Origin: Heterodontus francisci
Taxonomy: Eukaryota
NCBI RefSeq assembly: GCF_036365525.1
Contig: NC_090409.1
Location: forward strand, 39,566,437 to 39,630,436
Reading direction: 5' to 3'
DNA length: 64,000 nucleotides
Shown here: positions 38,301 to 49,074 of the stretch, piece after piece
Layout: every line of letters begins with the position of its first letter
Position numbering within the stretch: position 1 is the stretch's first letter
Made by a program: the position numbers and the translations under genes
Notes under the pieces: generated by a model
What the model saw: the letters and a program-made list of their open reading frames with translations, nothing else
What the model was told of the DNA's origin: nothing
Databases searched by the model: none

Positions 38301-40138
38301 TAACAGGTGAGGAACCCGGTAACAGGTGTGAGGAACCCGGTAACAGGTGAGGAACACAGAGGTGTTAGCAATTTTGGAAAGTGTGAAAATAGATAAGTCC
38401 CCTGGGCCAGATGGGATTTATCCTAGCATTCTCTGGGAAGCCAGGGAGGAGATTGCAGAGCCATTGTTGTTGATCTTTATGTCGTCATTGTCGACAGGAG
38501 TAGTGCTGGAAGACTGGAGGATAGCAAATGTTGTCCCCTTGTTCAAGAAGGGGAGTAGAGACAGCCCTGGTAATTATAGACCTGTGAGCCTTACTTCGGT
38601 TGTGCATAAAATGTTGGAAAAGGTGAAAAGAGATAGGATTTATAATCATCTTGAAAAGAATAAGTTCATTTGCGATAGTCAGCACGGTTTTGTGAAAGGT
38701 AGGTCGTGCCTCACAAACCTTATTGAGTTTTTCGAGAAGGTGACCAAACAGGTGGATGAGGGTAAAGCCGTGGATGTGGTGTATATGGATTTCAGTAAGG
38801 CGTTTGGATCAGAAATTGCCTAGCTGAAAGAAGACAGAGGGTGGTGGTTGATGGCAAATGTTCATCCTGGAGTTTAGTTACTAGTGGTGTACTGCAAGGT
38901 TCTGTTTTGGGGCCATTGCTGTTTGTCATTTTTATAAATGACCTGGATGAGGGTGTAGAAGGGTGGGTTAGTAAATTTGCGGATGACACGAAGGTCGGTG
39001 GAGTTGTGGATAGTGTCGAAGGGTGTTGTAGGGTACAGAGGGACATAGATAGGCTGCAGAGCTGGGCTGAGAGATGGCAAATGGAGTTTAATGTGGAGAA
39101 GTGTGAGGTGATTCACTTTGGAAGGAGTAACAGCAATGCAGAGTACTGGGCTAATGGGAAGATTCTTGGTAGTGTAGATGAGTAGAGAGATCTTGGAGTC
39201 CAGCTACATAAATCCCTGAAAGTTGCTATCCAGGTTAATAGGGCTGTTAAGAAGGCATATAGTGTGTTAGGTTTTATTAGTAGGGGGATCGAGTTTCGGA
39301 GCCACGAGGTCATGATGCAGCTGTACAAAACTCTGGTGAGGCCGCACCTTGAGTATTGCGTGCAGTTCTGGTCACCGCATTATAGGAAGGATGTGGAAGC
39401 TTTGGAAAGGGTGCAGAGGAGATTTACTAGGATGTTGCCTGGTATGGAGGGAAGGTCTTACGAGGAAAGGCTGAGGGACTTGGGGTTGTTTTCGTTAGAG
39501 AGAAGGAGGAGGAGAGGTGACTTAATAGAGACAGACAAGATAATCAGAGGGTTAGATAGGGTGGATAGTGAGAGTCTTTTTCCTCGGATGGTGATGGCAA
39601 ACACGAGGGGACATAGCTTTAAGTTGAGGGGTGAAAGATATAGGACAGATGTCAGAGGTAGTTTCTTTACGCAGAGAGTAGTAGGGGCGTGGAACGCCCT
39701 GCCTGCAACAGTAGTAGACTCGCCAACTTTAAGGGCATTTAAGTGGTCATTGGATAGACATATGGATGAAAATGGAATAGTGTAGGTCAGATGGTTTCAC
39801 AGGTCGGCGCAACATCGAGGGCCGAAGGGCCTGTACTGCGCTGTAATGTTCTAATTCTAAAAAACAGGTGTGAGGAACCCGGTAACAGGTGTGAGGAACC
39901 TGGTAACAGGTGAGGAACCCGGTAACAGGTGTGAGGAACCCGGTAACAGGTGAAGAACCCGGTAACAGGTGAGGAACCCAGTAAAAGGTGAGGAACCCGG
40001 TAACAGGTGAGGAACCCGGTAACAGGTGAGGAACCCGGTAACAGGTGTGAGGAACCCATTAACAGGTGAGGAACCCGGTAACAGGTGTGAGGAACCCGGT
40101 AACAGGTGAGGAACCCGGTAACAGGTGAGGAACCCAGC
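32305..40138. repeat. 19-bp satellite (GGTAACAGGTGAGGAACCC)n, over 300 units, interrupted by a CR1 at 38356-39863
   Basis: Direct reading; 19-aa periodicity (three units) of the minus-strand ORFs. Confidence 0.98.
38356..39863 (+). mobile_element. 5'-truncated CR1 inserted into the 19-bp satellite
   Basis: KSPGPDGIYP, NYRPVSLTS, QHGF, KFADD. Short internal deletion near 38805. The tail ttctaattctaa is followed by resumed satellite. Confidence 0.95.
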
Positions 40139-40199
40139 AAGGTTCTTTCACCATTGAATTCAATCTATGCAGAGTTCTGCCTGGCAAATGACCATCTTG

Positions 40200-40380
40200 A
40201 CTACCTGACCTATTGTTATTCTTTTGCCCCACCCCCGCTTTATTTGTTTAAAACCTATTACATTTCTAATCTTTTCCAGTTCTGATGAAAGGTCACTGAC
40301 CTGAAAGGTTAACTCTATTTCTCTCTTTACAGCTGCTGCCAGACCTGCTGAGTATTTCCAGCATTTTTTATTTGTTATTT
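40200..40380 (+). mobile_element. Penelope terminal-repeat remnant carrying a hammerhead-ribozyme-like core
   Basis: agtt-CTGATGA-aaggtcactgacct-GAAA-ggtt-aact at 40278-40314, followed by gctgccagacctgctgagtatttccagcattt. A related copy lies on the minus strand at 30985-31082. Confidence 0.65.
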
Positions 40381-40889
40381 AAGTAGCAGCTGCATTTTCC
40401 TGATAACCTGCTCCCTGTGCACAAGGCTCCGCCCCGGGTAAAATCCGGTCGCTGGCGTAAAACGCGCGGTATCCTGTCTGTCGCCCATTGTACTCTCCGC
40501 CCGATTTTCCGCTCCATTGACCTCAACAGAACTGAATAGCAGGTGGAGCACATGTCATTGGTCACTGCAATAGCGCAGACTTTACCCTGGGGACTGAGAT
40601 GGTTTTGTACTCATGTCTGTCAAAAATCTGGAAAATTAGCCAAGTGTTATAACCAATGGAGATTTTTGTTAGATAAGGGGATTAGAGAGTCGGAAACAAG
40701 GCAGGAAATTCAGTTAACCTGCAGATCAGCTGTGAGAGAATCGAATGGTGGAACAGGCTGAAGGGGCTGAATGGCCTCCTCCTGTTCCTGTGTTCCTTCC
40801 TATTCCAGAGAAAGAACTCATTTTTCCTTGGGTGATTTTGTTGTCAATGATATTTTTATTTTCGGTAACTATGCCACTGTTTAAAATTG

Positions 40890-41690
40890 TTGAAATTGTC
40901 ACATGGATGAAATGGGCAGACACATGGCAGATGTAATTGAATGCAGAGAGGTGTGTGATCTTGCAGAAGGAGGAGAGGATGTACAAACTAAATGGTAGAA
41001 TTTTAAATTGTGTATAGGAACAGAGAGAGAGTTGGAGGAAAAATTCCTTGAAGGTCTAGTTGATGCAGCTGTTAGTCAGCATAGAGATGGTGATCTTTAT
41101 AAATAGAGACATCTAGTACCAAAACAGACCTTTATAAATCACTGGTTAGGCCTCAGCTGGAGTATTGTGTCCATTTTTGGGTTGCAGACTTTCGGATGGT
41201 TGTTAAGGCCTTGGAGTGGGTTTAGTGCAGATTTACTAGTTGGTACCAGGGATCGAGTGATTTCTGTTATGTGGGTAGACTGGAGAACCTGTAATAGATC
41301 TCGTTAGAAAACAACCAAGTTTAAGAGGAGATTTAATCGAGGCGTTCAAACTCATGAGGGGGTTTTGAGGGGGTAAATGAGGAGAAACTGTTCCCAGTGG
41401 TAGGAGGGTCAGTAACCAGAGGGACACAGATTGAGGATAATCGGTAAAAGAACCAGAGGGGGAGATGAGGAGAATTTTTTTGACACAGTCAGTTGTTGTG
41501 ATCTGGAACGCGCTGCCTGAAAGGGCGGTGGAAGCAGATTCAATAGTAACTTTCAAAAGGGGAATTGGAGAAATACTGGAAGGGGGAAGATTTGCAGGAG
41601 GATGGGGAAAAGAGCAGGGCACTGGGACTCTTCAAAGAGCTAGTAAAGGCACGATGAGCCGAATGGCCTCCTTCTGTGCTGAATGATTTG
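40890..41690 (+). mobile_element. Old decayed CR1 3' portion
   Basis: KWADTWQM, RPQLEYCV.FW-like segment, FLTQSVVVIWNALPERAVEADSI. Confidence 0.8.
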
Positions 41691-44600
41691 ATCGCTTCTA
41701 GCTCTTTGATATTGTGAAATACCTGTCCATCACATTTCTCTATTCGGTGCTTGGACATTTTCGCTGCCAGGCAATATTTATACCTGGTTATTGGCGACAT
41801 CAGTGAGTCACAAATGAGCCTTGGCAGTGCAGAGAGATGGTGGAGACCGCCACCTATTTAATATTGACATTTTACCACCATATTCAGAGCAGTTTGGGAG
41901 GAACCGGGACCTCTGGATTGGTCAACACAGGAGACGCCCCTTCCAGTTTCAACCTTGAAGGAAGGAGGTAGAAGTATCATTTTTTCAAAAAAACTACGTC
42001 ACGTACAAAATCATGTGAGAATTTACCAGAGAGAAGAGCAATACATGTGGAAGATATCCACACCAATAAACTCCTGTTAAATATCAGCAAACTGGCCTTC
42101 ATTCCTGATCAGAACAGGAGCAAGTGGAACTTCAGAGCAAATAGTTCCTGCAAAGCTGATCCAATTCTGCTCCATTTGACAAGTGCTACCAGCTCCTTTG
42201 CAAATTTCAGACAGGAAGCAAAGAAAAATGTGCTTCAATCGATGGAGGGAGATGTTTGTTCTTTTTGTTTAACCTGCTCTGAGGTTGTGTTTCTAATCAG
42301 AGTGCGCTTCCACCCCAGCACTGATACAATGACATTTGCAATCATCTAAACCGGTGGGTCATGTACAGCAAACAGCATCTTTGAAGAACATAGACAACTG
42401 CCCAGAGACTGGTGGCTCCAGAGAGGACACTACAGGGCACAAGGCCCCCAGGAGAGACAGCATGAGCCGAGCCTTCTCAACACGCAATTCCAAAGGTGTT
42501 AAGACATTGACTGCCTTCCGGCAATGATGTTCACCTTGTGGCTGAGTTACTGAACTTCCTCATTCCTCTCCGGCAAAGCTGAGATTCAGCTTGAATTGCT
42601 TGTGTCTTTCCTTGTTATTTCAGCAGATTCTCTGCTTCCTTTGTTCACCACGAACTGAAACGACAGCAACTGGGATCTTACCCAGCAAGCAGAAAATAAA
42701 GGCCAGTCTCCTGAAAGCAAAGAGTTGAGTTATTCCAGTAGTTAGTGTTTGGTGAGAAAGAGGACATCTGCCCTCATATATTCTGCTCATTTTATTTTGG
42801 ACATGGGCTGACCTCCATTGTTTGACAGACAGTGAATCATTTTCTAGGGAAGGGACATTACAGCGAGTCGAACCCATAACTGTGACAAAACACTTTAACA
42901 AGCAGGCAGACATGTTGTCCCGTATAGATACAAACACAGTTTTAAATTGAGGAGCAATGAATTAGAAGGATTTTACTGGATTTTATTGGAAGGTTGGGAG
43001 CAGTTTGCGATTTTGTGAATAGCGACTTATAAAATCTTCGTGATTGAAGATTTGATGAACATTGAGGTAATGATATTATCTCTGCCCCCATTAACTGTTT
43101 GTTCCTCCTTATGTCCTCACACTTTCGGCTGTGGGAAACCCTCTTTGTCCTTTCAGTCCCACAGTTGGAATACACCCTCTTCCTGTCTCTGAATCTTTCT
43201 GATAATCTTATATCTTATTTGCTTGGAAGTTATGTAACAGACCCCTCTCTGTGATTGGTGTATCGGTTGTTTCACCTGCTCTGTCTTTCTCTATTTTTCT
43301 TTCCAAATTTAATCAAACGCCTAACTTTCACTCCTCTGTTCTGATGACCATTGCACACTGGAAAGGTTTTAATCCAGTCTGCCGCCCTTTGCAGATGTTG
43401 AGCGGGTCCTGGTTCCCCGCGTGACTGTGCATTTATGGTTAAAGTATCTCTTGTTCCTTAAGTCTTTGAAATCGATCGGAGAACCGGTTAGTCGCAATTG
43501 TCCGACTTCTAGTGGGCGATGGTTTCAAACATAAACTCCAGAAATGGGCAGAATGGAGAAAAGTAAAGATGTAACTCTCCAATTTACAGCCGCTGCAATT
43601 GTATTTCCAAACTGAATGGTTCTCCCAGTCTTTATCTATCTATCGAACACACTGCAGTGAGGGGTGAGTTTTATCGACATTGCACAGAATTACAGCATTT
43701 TATTCTGCTTTTTCCTACTTGGTAAATCTACATGAAGCAACGTTTAGCCGGGAGTTGTAGCCTGGTTCGGAAAACACACTGGAATATCCAAATTCCAACT
43801 GCATTGGTTATTTCACAGACATGTGATATAAGTTCTGGTTTTGTGTAGCAGGTCACTAACAGTTTTGAACTACAAGTTACTCTCCATTCAGTTTTCATTT
43901 AGTTAGATCAAGCTCGGACATAAAAAAGCATTTTCATTTCGGGATCCATGAGACGTCCTGTGGATGTAATTCCCTCCTGTTACTGAGGGGTTATTTCAAC
44001 CTGACATTTAATAAATCTGGGAACAGACCTGGAGCCTGTTCCATGCTGGAAATGTCACTGTGCTAGCTTCTCCTGACAAACCGCTCTCCATGTAGAAATG
44101 GAACGGCACAGCCCGGCTATTTACCCATTTGGGGGTGACTCGCTTTTTCTCTCTGAAAGGGAAGAGAAAGTACTTGTCACACCTGAAAAAGTCCAGCTCT
44201 TTCGGAAGGAAGCACTTTCTCCAAAGTGCCACTGACAATGGTTTGGATTTTAACTGCATGTATTGCTGTACACTCTGGGAGGTTTGTCAGCATGTCACAT
44301 GGTTTTGTATTTGAGCTGCTTTTGAAAAAGTGCTTCGACTCTCTGATATTATACTTGGAAATATGAGACTTTGTTTTTATTCGTTCATGGGATGTGAGCG
44401 TCGCTGGCAAGGCCAGTATTTATTGTTCATCCTAAAAATAATAATAGGGGCCCTTTAAGGCTCAAACGTTTGACAAATTGGACTTTTTGTCGCTGTATTT
44501 ATGGTTGGATTTGAGAATCTGTGTGCGCTGTTCATTCTGTTGGTCCTGGAAACATGCAAAGCAAACATGATCCACTGTGCACGGTTAAGTGAAGGCCCTT

Positions 44601-44747
44601 ATTTTCAAGAGGATTATAGAGTACTCCAGCATTGTTATCACATTGTACAGTTAAATTAATCTTCTTTAATCCTGAATCAACATTATACATTGGGAGCTGA
44701 ATTAATGTCGATCTAAACCCCCCACCATCTATTGAAGAGGTAACCCT

Positions 44748-44975
44748 TGTCATGATTGTATGTGTGAGCTGGAGTATTAGAGACTATACGGTACTTGGAA
44801 GGGAAACTGAAAGTAGGTTTGTATTTTGGGGAAAATACCTGACCTGAGGGCTGTTGTAAAGTCAGATAGGCATATGTTGCAGTAGTAAATATAAATCTTT
44901 AATAAAGCTTGTTAAACCTTTGTTGCAGTTAAATCTGTGACTTCAAGTGTGATTCTTTGAACCTGAGATGTGACA
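44748..44975 (+). mobile_element. Possible short solo LTR
   Basis: TGTCA...TGACA termini and an internal AATAAA; no clean target-site duplication. Confidence 0.4.
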
Positions 44976-45779
44976 ATGCTCAGGAAAGTTTAACTACAAT
45001 GTGCCTCCACCTGGTGACGAAATGGTGGAAGTGCTAAACTCCTGTCCCATCGCCACAATCGATGTTGTTTTAAGTCAAAATCCTTTCTCCCATCGCTTAC
45101 AATACTGAAAACCTTTGCACTTGCTCAGTCTGCTGCAGTTCAGCCAAATCCCATTGTATTTACAGAACCTGTCTGTGATTGAGAAGTGAATGTCTGTGCA
45201 GCAAGTCTGTGAACGAGAGAAAGATTAATTAAATGAGTGAAGTACAAGACAAAAAATTCATTCATTGTTGGCTGTGGGCTCGATGCAGAACAAAGGATTC
45301 CAAAGAGTCTGTAGAGTGGGTTTGCAATGAAATATATACTTAAATGTGTAGCGTCAGGAATGAGATGTAGTTTACAATTAGTGTGGAAAGTCTCCTCTGT
45401 TATGTAACTTATCCCCACAGGCAAATGATAGAATTTTAGAACAAATAAGGAAATCCCTCAGTCTAGCATTTCTATATCCGCTCTGAGGAAGAGCGACCCA
45501 ATCAATCCCGCTCCCTTGCCTGCTCCCCATTCACTCCCATGTTTTTCCCTTTTCAAATGCATATCCAATTCCCGTCTGAAATATAACAGGGAATCAGCCT
45601 CCACCGCCCATTCAGATGGTGAATTCCAGATCATAACAATTCTCTGTGTAACAGATAATGAGAGAGAGCAGAGGAGAGAGAGAGAGAATACCAGAGCAGG
45701 AGAGAGAAATGGATGGAGCAACAGAGAAATAGATATGGAGAGAAAGCAACAGAGAGGGAGAGTTGGAGATTGGAACTGA

Positions 45780-47170
45780 GAGTGGTATTGTCACTGGACT
45801 AGTAACCCAGAGACCCAGGATATTGCTCTGGGGACATGGGTTTGAATCCCACCACAGCAGAAGGTGGAATTCGAATTCAATTAATAAATCTGGAATTAAT
45901 AGCTAGTCTAATAACAGCCATGTAACCATGTCAATTGTTGTAAAAACCCATCTGGTTAACTAATGTTCTGTAGGGAAGGAAATCTGCCATCCTTACCTGG
46001 TCTGGCCGACATGACACATGTGGTTGACCCTTAATTGGCCTAGCAAGCTACTCAGTTGCATCAAACTGCTACAAAGTCAATAAGGAATTAAACTGGACGG
46101 ACCACCCGGCATCGACCTAGGCATCAGAAATTACAACAGCAAACCCAGCCCTCTCGACCTCGCAAAGTCCCCCTTACTAACATCTGGGGGCTTGTGCCAA
46201 AGTTGGGAGAGCTGTCCCACAGACTAGTCAAGCAGCAGCCTTACATAGTCATACTCACTGAATGATACCTCTCAGACAATATCTCAGACACTGCCATCAC
46301 CATCCCCGGGTATGTCCTGTCCCACCAGCAGGACAGACCCACCAGAGGTGGGGACACAATGGTATACTGTAGGGAGGGTGGTGCCCTGGGAGACCTCAAC
46401 ATCGATTCCGAACTCCATGAAGTCTCATGGCATCAGGTCAAATATGGGCAAGGTAACCTCCTACTGATTATCACGTAGTGCCATCCCTCATCTGATGAGT
46501 CAGTACTCCATGGTGTACACCACTTGGAGGAAGCACTGAGGGTGGGGAATGTACTCTGAGTGGGGGACTTCAATGTCCATCACTAAGAGTGGCTCAGGAG
46601 CGCCAATACTGACTGAGCTGGCCGAGTCCTCAAGGACATAGATGCTGGACTGAGTATGTGGCAGGTGGTGAGGGAACCAATAAGAGGGAAAAACATACTT
46701 GACCTCGTCCTCACCAATTTACCTGTTGCTGATGCATCTGTCCATGACAGTATTGGTAGGAGTGACCACCGCACAGTCCTGGTGGAGATGAAATCCCACC
46801 TTCACACTGAGGATACCCACCATCGTGCTAAATGGGATAGATTTCGAGCAGATCCAGCAATGTAAAACTGGGCATCCACGAGGTGCTGTGAGCCATCATC
46901 AGCAGCAGAATTGTACTCGACCACAATCTGTAACCTCATGGCCCGGCAAATCCCCCCACTCTACCATTACCATCAAGCTGGGGAACCAACCCTGGTTCAA
47001 TGAAGAGTGCAGGAGACCATGCCAGGAGCAGCAACAGGCATACCTCAAAATGAGGTGTCAGCCTGGTGAAGCTACAACACAGGACAAGACCACCTTCTTA
47101 AGGGCAATTAGATATGGGAAATAGATGCTGGCGGAGACAGCGACACCCACATCCCATGACGAATAAAAAA
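45780..47170 (+). mobile_element. Internally deleted LINE: tRNA-like head, APE endonuclease remnant, fused directly to the family 3' tail
   Basis: TNIWGLVPKLGEL...IVILTE, VGDFNVH, GKNILDLVLTN, GRSDH, then caccttcttaagggcaattag as at about 12030. Confidence 0.8.
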
Positions 47171-47620
47171 ACCTATCCACCCATTCCACCAACTTGTCAA
47201 TGTCCTCTTGCAGTTCTACACTCTCCTCCTCACAGTTCACAATGCTTGCAAGTTCCATATCATCTGCAAACATTGAAATTCTGCCCTGTACACCAAGGCC
47301 CAGGTCATTAATATATATCAGGAAAAGCAAGGGTCCCAACATTGATCCCTGGGGAACCCCACTACAAACCTTCCTCCAGCCCAAAAAAACATCCATTAAC
47401 CACTACTCTTTGTTCCCTGTCACTCAGCCGATTCCGTATCCATGTTGCTACTGTCCCTATTATTCCATGAACTATAACTTTGTGCATAATGTCTGTTGTG
47501 TGGCACTGTATCAAACACCTTTTGAAAGTCCAGGTATTGCACTGATCTCATCAACCCTCTCTGTTATCTCCTCAAAAAAGCCCAGCAAGTTAGTTAAACA
47601 TGATTTTCCCTGAAGAAATA
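47170..47620 (-). mobile_element. CR1 RT fragment
   Basis: GVPQGSMLGPLLFLIYINDL, MFADD. Confidence 0.85.
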
Positions 47621-47863
47621 CATGCAATAAAAGTGACCATGAAGCTGTTGGATTGTTGTAAAACCCAACTAGTTCACTAATGTCCCTCGAGGGAAGGAAA
47701 GCTGCCGTCCTTACCCGGTCTGGTCTTTATGTGACTCCAGTCCCACATTAACCTGGGCGACTTTTAACTGCCCTCTTACCTGCTCGGCCACTTCAATCAG
47801 TTTGTATCAAACCACGAGAAAGAAAAAGAATAAAACCTACCTGAAATGTTTCAAACCACCTCT

Positions 47864-48012
47864 TGTATTGAAGGGGTTCAGTCAGATCAACCCAGAGTCT
47901 GGCTCCTGTATTAAAGGGATTCGGTCAGATCAACCCAGAGTCTGGTTCCTGTATTAAAGTGGTTCAGTCAGATCAACCCAGAGTCTGGTTCCTGTATTAA
48001 AGGGGTTCAGCC
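47864..48012 (-). repeat. About 3.5 diverged units of the 43-bp satellite in inverted orientation
   Basis: tgtattaaaggggttcagtcagatcaacccagagtctggttcc is the reverse complement of the unit at 1-5984. Confidence 0.9.
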
Positions 48013-48544
48013 AGTAGATGGCCCCACTGTCTAGTTCAACCGGCCAATAGAAACTGAGCAACAGCGCCAAGAGGGCGGCATTCCAGAGACACCTTGAAGC
48101 AACTTTGAAAACAAGCCTTGCATTTAAATAGCACCTTCCAGCATCTCAGGCGTTCCCAAAGTGCTTCATAGCCGATGAAGTACTGCCTATTTTTGAAGCA
48201 GTCACTGTTGTAATGTAGAAAACGTGGCAGCCAAATTTGTGGACAGCAAGATCCCACAAACATCAATGTGATACTGACCAGGTCATCTGGAATACTGTGG
48301 GGGAGCGGGAGCACAGGGGCAGTATCAAGGGAGTGCTGTGTTGTCGGAAGGGCAGTACTGAGGGAGTACTACACGATTGGAGGCACAGTGCGAAGGGAGT
48401 GCCACACTGTCAGAGGTGCTGTCATTTGGATGAGTCATTAAACTGAGGGCTCCATCTGCCCACTCAAATGGATGTAAAAGAGTTCTCCGCAGATGCTGCC
48501 AGGACTGCTGAGTGTTTCCAGCACTTTTTGGTTTTATTATTATT

Positions 48545-48950
48545 TATCTCATTGATATTTGTGGGATCTTGCTCTGTGTAAATTGTCAAGAAAGATGCTG
48601 TATAAATGCAGGTCTTTCTTTAATGTAGGAACAGTCTTGAAGTAATAGAAAAAACTGAAAAACTGGAATTTCCCTTTCGGAGATACATTGAACTGTTGGT
48701 TGGGGCTCTCTCCTCGTGTTGCTCTGATTTGGAACATGTTTGACTGTCCGTGTGGCCTCAAGACACACGACTTTTAATGGAATCCATACTTCAGGATAAA
48801 CTAGATCTTCCTCATTGTTGTGAGTGAGTTTACTTCAGTACCCAGGACACATTGATCACTCCATTTAGTTGCTGTTGTCCTTGTTTCAGTATCTGAGACA
48901 CATTGAATGTCCTCATGGCTGTGGCTTTCTCACCTCGATTATAATCCCCA
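48545..48950 (+). repeat. Direct duplicate of 6440-6805
   Basis: Near-identical run ggaattt.cctttcggagatac...gaatgtcctcatggctgtggc...ataatcccca. Confidence 0.92.
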
Positions 48951-49074
48951 ATTATTTGATAAAACTGAATGACTTGCTTGGCCTTTTCAGAGGGCAGTTA
49001 AGAGTTAACCACATTGCTGTGGGTCTGGAGTTACTTGTAGACCAGACCAGGTAAGGACGGCAGATTTTCCTTCC

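Noticed and set aside
32223-38371. ORFs of 627-2031 aa on the minus strand
   Set aside because: Translation of a 19-bp satellite whose minus strand lacks stop codons in all three frames; no non-repeat coding context.
42030-42530. Faint resemblance to a DIRS-type tyrosine recombinase C-terminus
   Set aside because: Catalytic R-H-R-Y residues could not be aligned convincingly by eye; needs a profile search.
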